Part shown: positions 1 to 10,599 of the stretch, piece after piece
How the letters are laid out: every line of letters starts with the position of its first letter
How positions within the stretch are numbered: position 1 is the stretch's first letter
DNA from: an uncultured Spirochaetota bacterium
Lineage (GTDB): Bacteria > Spirochaetota > Spirochaetia > SZUA-6 > Fen-1364
Reading direction: 5' to 3'
Assembly (NCBI GenBank): GCA_963820525.1
Contig: CAWGAA010000003.1
Coordinates: 512,001-576,000, forward strand
Length of the DNA stretch: 64,000 bases
Made by a program: the position numbers and the translations under genes
The notes under the pieces: generated by a model
What the model was told of the DNA's origin: nothing
Database searches by the model: none
Seen by the model: the letters and a program-made list of their open reading frames with translations, nothing else

Positions 1-253
1 GAGGTCATCATGGAGAGGCCGGTAAGGGCATCTCCGATGTAAAGCGTTTCACCCGCGGCGACAAGGCCGACATGCCACCACCGCAAGTCCTGATGGCTGT
101 TCCAGATCGTAGACATCTGGTTGAAGTCTCCCTCGCTTGCTAGGCCGCCTTCGGTGCCGTTGGGGTGGATGACGTTCTTCATGTCTTGACTCCCGTGAAA
201 AAGATATTCCATCTTTATCAATGGTGAAGCGCAACAATCCCAGGCGGCAGCCG

Positions 254-1258
254 ATGCTGAAGGCATTCCTCATCGCCATCGTCCCCCTTTCTTTTTTCCT
301 TGGCTGTGCCAGCCTCGTCCCCGTCGAGACAACCATGCCCAGCGAAATCGACATGACCGGATTGCGAACGATCGCGGTGCTTCCATTCACATATCCCGCC
401 CTGGATCACGGCAGTGCGGCCATGGAGACCAGCCTCCAGTATGCCGCTGACCTTGCTTTGGACCGCCCAACTGACCGCCACCGCGAGCAGCAGGCTGTTG
501 CCCGCTACGCGACGAATCATTTCATCGGGCTGCTTGAGAACACGGGCCATTTCACGATCGTCGACCTCCAAACCATACTCCAGGCGGCGGCCAAAACTGA
601 AAATGCCGGCCTGAGCCCGCAGGAACTGGGCCGGGCGCTTGGCGTCGATGCTCTTATCACCGGCAGCATCACGCATATAACCGCAAAGGAACATGAAGAA
701 TCGATTGCCCAAAATGACAAGTACGGCAACACTTCCTACTCTTCAATATTCTGGAAAAGAGCCGAGATCCAGGTCGACTATAGCGTTCTGGATATCAAGA
801 CAAATCGACGTGTCGGGACACGGAGCTTCAAAGGCGATCAGACTCTCAGCGCGGACAGAGTTCCGCTTTTTCCTTCGGACCAGAAGATGATTCAGGAGAT
901 ACTGGACCGGATCCTCTCCCCGGTTCCCCGTCAGCTTGCTCCCTTCACGGTGACTGAAAACCGCGCCCTTCTCGCCGACGCCACAAATGACCCGGAAATG
1001 AAAAAGCTGATCCGGCTCGTCGACAAGAAAATGTATTCCGAGGCGCTTGAGGGGTATTTGAAGATCTGGAGCTCGACCCACAACGTCGCAGCGGGCTACA
1101 ACGCGGCTATTCTGCGTGAAGCGAGCGGCGACATTGACGGCGCTGTCAGTCTCATGAGCGAAGTCGCCGCCTCGACTCACAACCAGAAAGCGCTCAAAGA
1201 AGCAGACAGGCTGAAGAATACGAAGAGCGAAAGGGAAGCCGCCGCGGCCGAGATGTAA
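254..1258 (+). CDS. Putative lipoprotein (CsgG/TolB-N-like alpha/beta domain plus C-terminal TPR-like helices)
   Basis: Signal peptide with lipobox-like FFLGC after ATG 254; 'RTIAVLPF' and 'LGRALGVDALITGSI' are typical of CsgG/GNA1162-like lipoproteins; C-terminal 'YNAAILREASGDIDGA' is TPR-like. Confidence 0.6.
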   Translation: MLKAFLIAIVPLSFFLGCASLVPVETTMPSEIDMTGLRTIAVLPFTYPALDHGSAAMETSLQYAADLALDRPTDRHREQQAVARYATNHFIGLLENTGHFTIVDLQTILQAAAKTENAGLSPQELGRALGVDALITGSITHITAKEHEESIAQNDKYGNTSYSSIFWKRAEIQVDYSVLDIKTNRRVGTRSFKGDQTLSADRVPLFPSDQKMIQEILDRILSPVPRQLAPFTVTENRALLADATNDPEMKKLIRLVDKKMYSEALEGYLKIWSSTHNVAAGYNAAILREASGDIDGAVSLMSEVAASTHNQKALKEADRLKNTKSEREAAAAEM

Positions 1259-1295
1259 GCTCGCGGGCCGGCGCCGAGGCGCGCTGCAGTAAAGC

Positions 1296-4200
1296 TCACG
1301 GCGTCGAAGGATTGCCCATGCGCACGACGATCCCGTGCTTGACCAGGCCGCGGTCGAGGGGGATCACGCCGTCTCGAGCCCGCCGGCCGTCGATTTCCAC
1401 CCAGGACACACCCCGCTCTACGCCTTCCGGGTTCTCGACCTGGATATCGTAGATCGCCTCACCGTGACGATAGCGCACATGGAAACCATTCCACCAGCCG
1501 GGGATGACAGGCTCCACGCGCATTCCGTTTCCGCGCACTTTCAAGCCCAGGATCTCTTCGACCCATGCCCGATACATCAATGCCGCCGAGCCCGTATACC
1601 AGGACCAGCCTCCAAGGCCGATCCGTCCGGCCAACCGGCACACATCCGCCGCCACCGCGTAGGGTTCCACCGTATAGCGCCGGACCGCCTGCTCGTCGCG
1701 CGCGAGCTCGATCGGGTTGAGCATTCGAAGGATTTTCGCCGCGCGGGTGCCATCCCCTCGACGCGCCATGGCCATGGCGAGCCACAGGGCAGCGTGAGTG
1801 TACTGGCCTCCATTCTCCCGCACCCCCGGGGGATAGGCCTGGATGTAGCCGGGCGCAGGCGCCGACCGGTCGAAAGGCGGCGCGAAAAGCAGCACCAATC
1901 CTTCGTCATCGCGAACGAGCTCCTTCCACGCGGATTCCAGAGCATGCTCCGCGCGGAGCCTTTCGGCGGCGCCCGAAAGCCACGCCCATGATTGCGGCAA
2001 GGAATCGATCCGCGCCTCGGTATTCCTCGAAGAGCCGAGAGGGGATCCGTCATCGAAGATCCCTCGAAGATACCATTCGCCGTCCCAGGCTGCCTGCTCG
2101 ATGCGCTGAATCAGCGCCCTCTTGTCCCGTTGGTAGGTCCGGCTTATATCGATTCGACCCAGCACCTCAGACAACTCGGACATCCCTTGAAGGACATCCA
2201 CCAGGAACCACGCCAACCAGACGCTCTCCCCCTTGCCTCCGCTGCCCACGAGGTTCATCCCATCGTTCCAGTCCCCCGCCCCCATCAGCGGCAGCCCATG
2301 GGGCCCGATCGTCAGCCCACGCGTGACGGCGCGCCGGCAGTGCTCGAACAGCGTGGAGCGTTCGAGGGCAACCTCCGGCGTGAAGAATAGTTCGTGCTGA
2401 TCCTCCCTGAGCTCGGGGCCGTCGAGGAAGGGCACTTCGGCACGCAGGATGTCTCCATCTCCCGTGATCCGCACGTAGTGAGCCACGACATAGGGCAGCC
2501 ACAAGAGGTCGTCCGAAATGCGCGTGCGGATGCCCGAGCCGCCCGGAGGGTGCCACCAGTGCTGGACGTCGCCTTCCCTGAACTGTCGGCTCGCCGCGAG
2601 CAGGATGTGCTCGCGCGCGAGATCGGCAGACGCATACACGAGCGCCAAGACATCCTGGAGCTGATCGCGGAAGCCGAAGGCGCCGCCGGACTGGTAGAAG
2701 GCGGTACGCCCCCAGATCCGGCAGCTCAGGTCCTGGTACAAAAGCCATCGGTTGATCAGGAAGTCCGCCGCGAGCTCGGGGGTGTGCACCTCGATGGTCC
2801 CCAAAAGCGCATCCCACCACGATTTTGTCCTCGCCAATGCGGCCTCGATCTTCGGGCGTTCCCGGAAGGCGAGAACCATCCCGCGGGCCCCCTCCAGCGA
2901 CTCGGCCTGACCCACCATGCTCGTGATCTCGGCCCCTGCACCGGGGGCGATTTCAAGCTTCACCTGAAGCGCCGCGCACGGGTCCAGTCCCGCCCCCGTC
3001 CTTCGGGAAAGCGCCGCCCGCTCCATCGCGACCGGGGCATCCAGCGTGCGGTTGCGTCCGAGAAAGAACGTGCGGTCGCCGCTGTAGGACTGGGCAGGCG
3101 GGTCGATGGCCGCGAAGGCGACCCGATTCGCATATTCGGGGTGGTAGCGATTGAAGGCCATCAGCGCCCCGATGTCGTCATCCCAGGCGGTCACGACGTG
3201 CATCTGTGAGGTCTCGGGGTGCTCGCCGAGCACCCATTCAACGTAATAAGTCACCGAGAGGGTGCGGGGCCGCCCGGAGTCGTTTTTCAACCGCAGCCTC
3301 TGCAGCTTGATCGGCCGTCCTCCTCTCTCATCCATTGGAACAAAGACGGTCAGCTCCTGATCGATCCCGTTGCTGTTGTGCTCGAAGACCGTGTACCCGG
3401 CTCCATGCCTCGCCCGATATGCGGTCTGCTCGCGAATCGGCGACGGGGTCGGGGTCCAAAAAAGACCCGTCTCCTCGTCCCGTATGTACAGCACCTCGGA
3501 GGCCGGGTCCATGACGGGGTCATTCGACCAGGGCGTCAGGCGATTGCGTTGGCTGTTGCCATACCATGTAAAGCCGGAGCCCGTTTCGCTCACCAGGGTC
3601 CCGAAGGTCGGGTTGGCGATGACGTTCACCCAGGGTGCCGGGGTGTGAGTGCCCGAGCCGAGATATATCGCGTATTCGCGGCCGTCCGGAGTAAAACCAC
3701 CCAGGCCGTTGAAATAGGGCAGCTCCAAAAAGGGCAGCGGAGATGAAGGCTCCTCGGGAGCGCGTTTCCTGGCGATGGGTTCCTGTTGGTCGGGAACTTC
3801 AGCGGGCACGCCCAACTGCTGGGGCAGCGGGCCACGGGCCGCTACAAGCACCACGCTCGCGGCAGCCATGAGGAGCGTCAGGTCTTCCGCGGGGATTTGC
3901 TCCGCGCTGCGCAGGAAGATCCCGCCCGGTCGATCCCTGCCCGTATACGTCGAGTGGGCCTGGATCAGGCCCTCGAGCCGTTCGTTGAGCGGCCGCTCAT
4001 AGGTACGTGTCTCCTCGTTGAGGATCACCAGGTCCGCCATCAACCCGTGCATTCTCCAATAGGCATGCCCCTGAAGCATCTGCCGAACCAGGCTGATGTC
4101 CCGCGCCTCGCTGATGGTGACCAGGGCGATCGGCAGGTCCCCCGAGATCCCATAGGGCCAGAGACCGGCCTGGCCCTTGCCATTTTCCTTGATGCGCTCG

Positions 4201-7200
4201 GCGGCTGACCGCAGGAGCGGATTCGGATACAGCAGGGCGCCGGCGAGCTGCTGGAAACGGCGAGCCTCGTCCGGCTGGATGCGCAGCACGCGCAGCTCAA
4301 ACTGGGCGGCTGCCCAGGCGAAATCCAGGGCACGATCGATGGAGTGGGGATTGCCGTACTTGTCCATCAGCCCCAGGACCTGCTCCCGCGTTTCGCCGGC
4401 GGCAAGGACAAGGGAAACCTCCACGCGCTGGCCGGGACTCAAGTTCAGGCGCCTCCGCAGGCTGAGGATGGGATCCAGGACGTTCCCCTGTGTGTTGCCC
4501 ATCTCCCGCATGCCTCCCACGGGATTGGCGAGGGTCCGTCCCCGGCCGATGAACCGGCGGCGGTCCGTCTCGAATTGCAGGGCCTCCTCCCCGCCGTTTT
4601 CGAGCGTCAGGCGATGCGCGACATAGATGGGCGGAGCGTCTTCCCCTCGAGGCCGCCGGAATGCCAGAAGCGCCTGCTTGAGAGGCACCGCCTCGGTTTG
4701 GATGAAAAGCTTGTTGAATGCCGGATGCTGCCGGTCGGCAGCATGCGGCGTCATCGCCAGCTCGATATAGCTTGTGAGATCGAGGCGGCGGGTGCGAACG
4801 GAGCGATTGATCAGAGTGACCCGCCGGATTTCCAGGTCATCTTCGGGGGAGACGACGAGCTCCGTTCGGGTTTGAATCCCGCTATCGGTGCGCCGGTACA
4901 CGGCCCGATCGAGAGCGAAGCTGGCTGAATATCCCTCAACCTCTCCGCCGCAGGGCTGATAGGCTGTGGACCACAATCCATCGGTGTCGACGTCATGGAT
5001 GTAGCAGAAGGTTCCCCATGAATCCCGAGTCCGGTCCGATCTCCAGCGCGTTATCTCGTGATTGCCCCACTGGCTGTATCCCCCGCCGGCGTTCGTAACC
5101 ATCACGCCGTAGCGGCCGTTGCTGAGAAGCTGCGTTTTCGGCGTGTCGGTATGCGGAGTGTCGAACGTGCTCACCGAGGGTGCGACCCCTCCGACGCTTT
5201 CCGTCGTGAGCGCGCGCTCACGCGTCGAGATGTGATACAAGGGAGGCTGGACCGGGACGCGTTCATGGAGCAAAGGCTCAACGGCCCGCACACGCGCGTC
5301 GGCGTGGAACCGGCGCCTGACTGGGCCGTCATGGAGGAAATTGGAGAGCGACAGGAGACTCATCCCTTGGTGATGCGCCATGTAGGCCTGGACGACCACT
5401 CCCCGCTCGCCCTTCCGCGCTGTTTGGCGGCTGAAATCAATCGCCTCGTAGTATCCGTAATCGCCGAGCAGACCCAAGCGGACCAGCCGTTTCAGGTTCC
5501 GCACGGTCTTGAGCGGTGCAATGGTGACCGCCAGCAGGGTGGCATAGGGCGCGACAACCACCTTTTCCTCCAGACCGCGTTTCAAAGCCAGCTCGGGAAC
5601 GCCAAAAGCCCTGTACTGGTAGGTCTTTGTGAGGTCCAGATCTCCAAAAGCCGACTCCGATATTCCCCACGGCACTCGATGCCGGTGACCGTAGGCCATC
5701 TGGATATCCAGGGCTTCCCGCGCCGCCTTATCGAGAAGCGTGTTCCCGCGAGAGCGTTGGAAAATCAGCGGCATCAGATACTCGAACATCGTCCCGGTCC
5801 AGCTGAGAAGAACCCGGCGCCGGCCCACAGCCGAGTACGGGCGGCTCATTGAGAACCAGTGATCGAAGGGGACATCCCCCCTGGCGATGGCGATGAAGCT
5901 TCCCAGCCGCGCCTCTGCGGCCAGGAGGTCGTAGTAGGCACCATCCAGGCGGTCTTCGGAAACGTTGAAACCGATGCAGAAAAGCCGCCGCTCGGGATCA
6001 TACAGGAAGCGCATGTTGATCGCGTCGGATAACGCACGGCAGTCCCGAATGAGACGTTCGGCCGCGCCGAGGATTTCACCGGCCAGCCAGCGCGACTTGG
6101 AGAACTCCTCCAGCAGACGGTCAAGCCACGCGAGGAGAGGAGCGGCGGCCGCGGGAGCCGCCTCCCGGATCCCCTGAAGCACCGCAATGCAGCCGATGCG
6201 CCCGTTTGCCAGGTCTGCGAGCGAAGGCGCCCGGGAGAGATCCCGGCGGATGGCGTCCACGGCCGCTGGACCGAGCGGCGCGACCTCCTCTTCCGTTTTC
6301 TCGGCGAGGATTTCCATCCAGGCGAGATAGCGATCCGCTATATTCAGCCAGGCCGATACCTGCCCTTCCACCTGTCGGGACCAATAGACGGCTTCAGCTT
6401 CACCGTGGGGGGATTTTTGCGCTGCATCGGCGATGCTCTTCACCGTCTGCGCAGACCGCCGCAACAGGCGGAGGCAATCCGTGAGGCGGGCCGGCGGGGC
6501 CTCCCATGTGCTCGCGAGGGCAATTCCTTTCCGGCCCTCGACCTTGTGAAGGATTTCCGCGGTATCCCGCAGACCTGAAAAAGCGCGCCCATCGAGGACC
6601 GGCCCCTGGAGCAGCTCCTCCAGCCCATGTTCCAGGACCCACAGGGCCCCCAGCAGGTTTCCGCTGTCAACGGCGGAGACGTAGCGCGGCTCCAGGGGGG
6701 TCAGGGATCGAACATCGTACCAATTCAGCAGATGGCCCTGGAAGCGTTCCAACCTGCCGATCGTCTCCATGCTCCGTATCAGCTTCTCGACAAGCTGATC
6801 CGCCGTGATATAGCCGAAATCGGACGCGGCCAAGGCGCTCACCATCCACAGCCCGATGTTGGTTGGACTGGTGCGCATTGCCAGCTGGTTCTGCGGAGAG
6901 ACCTGGTAGTTATCGGGGGGCAGCCAGGAGGTCTCGGCGCCGACAAAATCCGCGAAGTACCGCCAGGTTCGGCGCGCAACCTGCCTGAGGAAGCGAACAG
7001 CCGTTTCGGGCAACCGGACGCGACGCTGCCTGGCCCGCGGCTTCAGGTTCAGGAGCCGACCGACCAGAGGAGAGAGGAACCACAGAGAAAGCCATGGGAC
7101 GGCGAACGCCAGGCTGGATGGCATCCAGCGCATCACCGCCCATGCCATAATCACGCTGAAGACGCTCACCAGTCCCATCGACACGCCATAAATGGGAAAC

Positions 7201-10200
7201 CGGTCAGGGGCAGCCCCGGTCAGCACCTGAGCCGAAGTCCACTGGAGCATTCTCCGATGGGAGACGTAGCGGCGATAAACGGCCAGAAGAATTGCATCCA
7301 GGGCCAGCGCGGTCTGGTGCGGAAGCAATGCGGCGTCCACGACCGCCCGAAGCACGTCGTGCGCGACCTTCCAGATCGAGAAGCCCGAGAGCCCCCGGCG
7401 AGTCGTCACCATGGTGAAACGCTGCACCATGGGCTGGAAAAGGAGCTGCACGGTGACCACAAGCGTCGAGATCCAGCCGATTTGGGGGGACGTCAGCCAG
7501 GAAGCCAGGAGCAAGCCCAGACTGGCCGCGGGCACCAGGCTGCGGCGCAAGTTGTCGAGAATCTTCCAGCGGTTGAACCGGGAAAGCGGATTCGGCTCAG
7601 GCCGTCCCCCCCGTCCGGGAACCCGCGACGATATCCACTGCGCGATTTGCCAATCGCCCCGAATCCAACGATGCTGCCGTTTTGTATACCCCAGGTAGTT
7701 GCGGGGAAACTCGTCATAGAGCTCGATATCGCTGGCCAGGCCCACGCGCACGTGGGCTCCTTCTATCAGATCGTGGCTCAGCAGGCGCCCGTCAGGGAAC
7801 CTTCCGGAAAGCACGCGACTGAAAGCGCGCACATCGTAGATGCCCTTGCCGTAATACGAGCCTTCTCCGGTCAGGTCCTGCTGGACGTCCGAGACGGCCC
7901 TGGTGTACGGATCGATTCCAACGGCGTCCGCGAAGAGCCGGCTGAAGAAGGAGGCGCTCGTGCTCGGCAGCGAAGGGCTCACGCGCGGTTGGATGACGGC
8001 GTAGGTGCCGGCGAGAACTCTTCCCGCGGCGTCGAAGCGCGGCCGGTTGAGAGGGTGCGCCAGGGTCTCGATCAGGCGGCGGGCGGCGCCAAGCGGCAGC
8101 TGGGTGTCGCTGTCGAGCGTGATGACGAATCTCACATTGGACAGATCATCCTGATTGCCGACGTATACCAGACGCCCTGCTCCTTCGGGCCGCGTTCCCT
8201 CGATCAGCCGGTTCAGCTCTTCGAGCTTTCCGCGTTTGCGCTCCCAACCGATGAACTTCCGCTCCGATTCGCTCCAGGTGCGATCGCGATGAAAGAGCAG
8301 GAAGCGCTCTCCTCCATGGCGACGGTTGAGGGCTTCGAGGCTTTCGATCGCGGCGCCGAGCAGTTGCGCGTCATCCTCACGATGCGCCCGATCCGCGTCC
8401 GTGTAGTCCGTGAAGAGGCTGAAGAGCAGATTGCTTTCCTTGTTGGCCAGGTAGCGGACCTCCAGCTTCTCGGCCTCTTCCCGGATCGTCTCGACGTCAC
8501 TCAGCAGAACGGGCACGACGATCAGCGTTCGGAATGCATCGGGTATTCCGAAGGCTTTGAAATCCATTTTGGCAAGGGGGCGGGGCGGCAGGAGCCGTGT
8601 CGCGAGATAGTTCAAGACCTCGATCGCGAGTTGACTGGCGGGAATCAGCAGCAGGAGCGCTATCAAGAGCCGAATCCCGGGCGCGAGTCCCCCAAGACCA
8701 AGCACTACGATCGGGACGACGAAGACGGCGGAAAAGAAACCGAGCGCCGTAAAGTACACAAGGGAATGATGGCGGTAGACCCAATGGAGGAGTCTGAAAT
8801 GGAGCCGCTCGCGGCAGTGCAGACTCTCGGCCAGCTCGCGCCTGCCCTCGTCGATCAGAAAACTTCCGACGTGGGTTCGCCGCTCATCCTCCGTCGGTCC
8901 GGCATGAGCGCGCGCTGCCAGCGCGATGGCCCCTTCTGCCACCTTGTCCTCCGCCCGACCGGAGCGGCGCGCAAGCTCTTCTACCGCCCGGCGATAGCGA
9001 TCGCGCGTGCCGAAATCCATTGAAGAATACACGCCGGACGGATCCGTTCGAAGCAGCAGTTCCACATGGCTCTGATTCTCGAAAATCTGCCTCCAATCCA
9101 GCAGCGCCAACTGGCGCAGGCTGGTGACGGCATGAGAGACGGAGATCTGATCCTTGGTTCTGCGGTTTTGCTCGCGCATGTTGAGCTCGCTCAGGGATTG
9201 GCGGAACGTGCGCTCCAGCCAGCTCTGGACCAGCACCAGCACGGCTTCTTCGTCGTAGAGATGATCGACCAGTTGGGTCACGAAATGGGGACTCGGACCC
9301 GGTTGGGCAAGGACAAGCTCGGACAGGATCAAGAAGAGATGGCTGGAGCCTCGCCGATTGGCCGAAATCAGCCGGTTCGCCCAGAAGTCGGCCATCTCCC
9401 GCTCGCGCAGCTCGGTCAAGGCGCCGACGGCGACATTCTGGATTTTCTCGATCAACGCAATGCGCAGCATCTGAGGGACAGCCCAAAGCTCGCCAATCGT
9501 CAGCGGGCTGACGGATTGGTACGCGCCGATGAAGGCCTGGATGTTTTCCCGATCCAGGCGAAACTCAACGTCGGAGACAAGCTCCCACGCCAAATCGTAG
9601 ATGCGCGGAAGCCCCCCAAAAGCTCCGCTGGAGAGTACCGGCATTTGGCGGTAATAGTGCCGAGGCAGGTTCGCTATCGCGTCGCGGGCGTTGCTCTCGA
9701 CAACGTACTCGTTGTCGAGGATCCACTCCGCCGTTGGAGGTGCTCCCTGTTCCAGACGGCTCGCCTCGGAGAGGTCCTCGCACGCGCGATGGATCCATTG
9801 ACGGGCCTCTTCGAGCCGGAGAAGAAGCGGCGCGCTCCGCTTGGGCTCCTGGTCGATACGGTGCTCGAAGGCCAGGCGCTGGGCATTCTCCCGGAGCAGC
9901 GCCTGCGTGGGGGGCACCACGGGACCCCGCGCGGCTCGCGGTAAACCCTCGTGCTTCGGATGAAGGGCGAAGACCGGCGGAGGGATGGGGCCGCTTTCTC
10001 GAAGCGCCGCCACGGCGAAATGCAGCCTCCCGACCGGCGCCTGTAGGATCACGACGGCCTCATTGGGCATCAGCCGGCGGGCGTGATCCTCAAGCAGCTC
10101 TTGCGCGACACCGTATTTCGATCGCCGTATCCACACGCACCCGACACAGATCCCGACCAATCCGCCTGCCAGGCCAGGGATCATGGGAGAAAGGCTCCCG

Positions 10201-10439
10201 ATCAGCGTCGGCCATTGCAGGGGGACGGATATGATGCCGGCGAGAACCCCGAGCAGAGCTCCGCCCATGAGAGCCCCGACAGCGCGGCGCATGGGAAAGC
10301 GGTCCCGGGTGAATACGCCCCCGCCGGCGGTCTTTCGCAGCAGGGCGACGCGGCGGAAGCCGCGCCTTCGCAGTACCGTGAGCGCGCTTCGGGCCTCCTC
10401 CTCATTCGCGTAGTAGCCGGCAAGAATGCCTACCGCCAT
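1296..10439 (-). CDS. ndvB: Cyclic beta-1,2-glucan synthase/phosphorylase (Cgs/NdvB: glucosyltransferase, cyclisation and GH94 domains)
   Basis: 3047-aa ORF with WERKRGKL, TLDSDT, SHDLIEG, RQHRWIRGDWQ, RTSPTNIG, SWTGTMFEYLMP, WGISES, YQSGGAFGFRDQLQD, GDWNDGMN and GVRENGGQYTH. Confidence 0.93.
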   Translation of the reverse strand: MAVGILAGYYANEEEARSALTVLRRRGFRRVALLRKTAGGGVFTRDRFPMRRAVGALMGGALLGVLAGIISVPLQWPTLIGSLSPMIPGLAGGLVGICVGCVWIRRSKYGVAQELLEDHARRLMPNEAVVILQAPVGRLHFAVAALRESGPIPPPVFALHPKHEGLPRAARGPVVPPTQALLRENAQRLAFEHRIDQEPKRSAPLLLRLEEARQWIHRACEDLSEASRLEQGAPPTAEWILDNEYVVESNARDAIANLPRHYYRQMPVLSSGAFGGLPRIYDLAWELVSDVEFRLDRENIQAFIGAYQSVSPLTIGELWAVPQMLRIALIEKIQNVAVGALTELREREMADFWANRLISANRRGSSHLFLILSELVLAQPGPSPHFVTQLVDHLYDEEAVLVLVQSWLERTFRQSLSELNMREQNRRTKDQISVSHAVTSLRQLALLDWRQIFENQSHVELLLRTDPSGVYSSMDFGTRDRYRRAVEELARRSGRAEDKVAEGAIALAARAHAGPTEDERRTHVGSFLIDEGRRELAESLHCRERLHFRLLHWVYRHHSLVYFTALGFFSAVFVVPIVVLGLGGLAPGIRLLIALLLLIPASQLAIEVLNYLATRLLPPRPLAKMDFKAFGIPDAFRTLIVVPVLLSDVETIREEAEKLEVRYLANKESNLLFSLFTDYTDADRAHREDDAQLLGAAIESLEALNRRHGGERFLLFHRDRTWSESERKFIGWERKRGKLEELNRLIEGTRPEGAGRLVYVGNQDDLSNVRFVITLDSDTQLPLGAARRLIETLAHPLNRPRFDAAGRVLAGTYAVIQPRVSPSLPSTSASFFSRLFADAVGIDPYTRAVSDVQQDLTGEGSYYGKGIYDVRAFSRVLSGRFPDGRLLSHDLIEGAHVRVGLASDIELYDEFPRNYLGYTKRQHRWIRGDWQIAQWISSRVPGRGGRPEPNPLSRFNRWKILDNLRRSLVPAASLGLLLASWLTSPQIGWISTLVVTVQLLFQPMVQRFTMVTTRRGLSGFSIWKVAHDVLRAVVDAALLPHQTALALDAILLAVYRRYVSHRRMLQWTSAQVLTGAAPDRFPIYGVSMGLVSVFSVIMAWAVMRWMPSSLAFAVPWLSLWFLSPLVGRLLNLKPRARQRRVRLPETAVRFLRQVARRTWRYFADFVGAETSWLPPDNYQVSPQNQLAMRTSPTNIGLWMVSALAASDFGYITADQLVEKLIRSMETIGRLERFQGHLLNWYDVRSLTPLEPRYVSAVDSGNLLGALWVLEHGLEELLQGPVLDGRAFSGLRDTAEILHKVEGRKGIALASTWEAPPARLTDCLRLLRRSAQTVKSIADAAQKSPHGEAEAVYWSRQVEGQVSAWLNIADRYLAWMEILAEKTEEEVAPLGPAAVDAIRRDLSRAPSLADLANGRIGCIAVLQGIREAAPAAAAPLLAWLDRLLEEFSKSRWLAGEILGAAERLIRDCRALSDAINMRFLYDPERRLFCIGFNVSEDRLDGAYYDLLAAEARLGSFIAIARGDVPFDHWFSMSRPYSAVGRRRVLLSWTGTMFEYLMPLIFQRSRGNTLLDKAAREALDIQMAYGHRHRVPWGISESAFGDLDLTKTYQYRAFGVPELALKRGLEEKVVVAPYATLLAVTIAPLKTVRNLKRLVRLGLLGDYGYYEAIDFSRQTARKGERGVVVQAYMAHHQGMSLLSLSNFLHDGPVRRRFHADARVRAVEPLLHERVPVQPPLYHISTRERALTTESVGGVAPSVSTFDTPHTDTPKTQLLSNGRYGVMVTNAGGGYSQWGNHEITRWRSDRTRDSWGTFCYIHDVDTDGLWSTAYQPCGGEVEGYSASFALDRAVYRRTDSGIQTRTELVVSPEDDLEIRRVTLINRSVRTRRLDLTSYIELAMTPHAADRQHPAFNKLFIQTEAVPLKQALLAFRRPRGEDAPPIYVAHRLTLENGGEEALQFETDRRRFIGRGRTLANPVGGMREMGNTQGNVLDPILSLRRRLNLSPGQRVEVSLVLAAGETREQVLGLMDKYGNPHSIDRALDFAWAAAQFELRVLRIQPDEARRFQQLAGALLYPNPLLRSAAERIKENGKGQAGLWPYGISGDLPIALVTISEARDISLVRQMLQGHAYWRMHGLMADLVILNEETRTYERPLNERLEGLIQAHSTYTGRDRPGGIFLRSAEQIPAEDLTLLMAAASVVLVAARGPLPQQLGVPAEVPDQQEPIARKRAPEEPSSPLPFLELPYFNGLGGFTPDGREYAIYLGSGTHTPAPWVNVIANPTFGTLVSETGSGFTWYGNSQRNRLTPWSNDPVMDPASEVLYIRDEETGLFWTPTPSPIREQTAYRARHGAGYTVFEHNSNGIDQELTVFVPMDERGGRPIKLQRLRLKNDSGRPRTLSVTYYVEWVLGEHPETSQMHVVTAWDDDIGALMAFNRYHPEYANRVAFAAIDPPAQSYSGDRTFFLGRNRTLDAPVAMERAALSRRTGAGLDPCAALQVKLEIAPGAGAEITSMVGQAESLEGARGMVLAFRERPKIEAALARTKSWWDALLGTIEVHTPELAADFLINRWLLYQDLSCRIWGRTAFYQSGGAFGFRDQLQDVLALVYASADLAREHILLAASRQFREGDVQHWWHPPGGSGIRTRISDDLLWLPYVVAHYVRITGDGDILRAEVPFLDGPELREDQHELFFTPEVALERSTLFEHCRRAVTRGLTIGPHGLPLMGAGDWNDGMNLVGSGGKGESVWLAWFLVDVLQGMSELSEVLGRIDISRTYQRDKRALIQRIEQAAWDGEWYLRGIFDDGSPLGSSRNTEARIDSLPQSWAWLSGAAERLRAEHALESAWKELVRDDEGLVLLFAPPFDRSAPAPGYIQAYPPGVRENGGQYTHAALWLAMAMARRGDGTRAAKILRMLNPIELARDEQAVRRYTVEPYAVAADVCRLAGRIGLGGWSWYTGSAALMYRAWVEEILGLKVRGNGMRVEPVIPGWWNGFHVRYRHGEAIYDIQVENPEGVERGVSWVEIDGRRARDGVIPLDRGLVKHGIVVRMGNPSTP

Positions 10440-10599
10440 ACGACGAGGACCGCCGCGAAGGACGCACGAGAGCTCAGCACGTTGTTCTCTCCTTTCGCGA
10501 AGGTTCGATTGTACGCGAATAGCTCATCAACGGATATGGCGTGCTCCCTTTCGGCGCGGAACCGATTCCCTCCCGCACGCTGAGAGCCGCAGGAACGGC

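Noticed and set aside
6627..9023. 798-aa plus-strand ORF and many other long antisense ORFs (e.g. 10541..12070, 55759..57099, 59503..60999, 62532..63917)
   Set aside because: Shadow ORFs opposite well-supported genes, expected in high-GC DNA; no motifs
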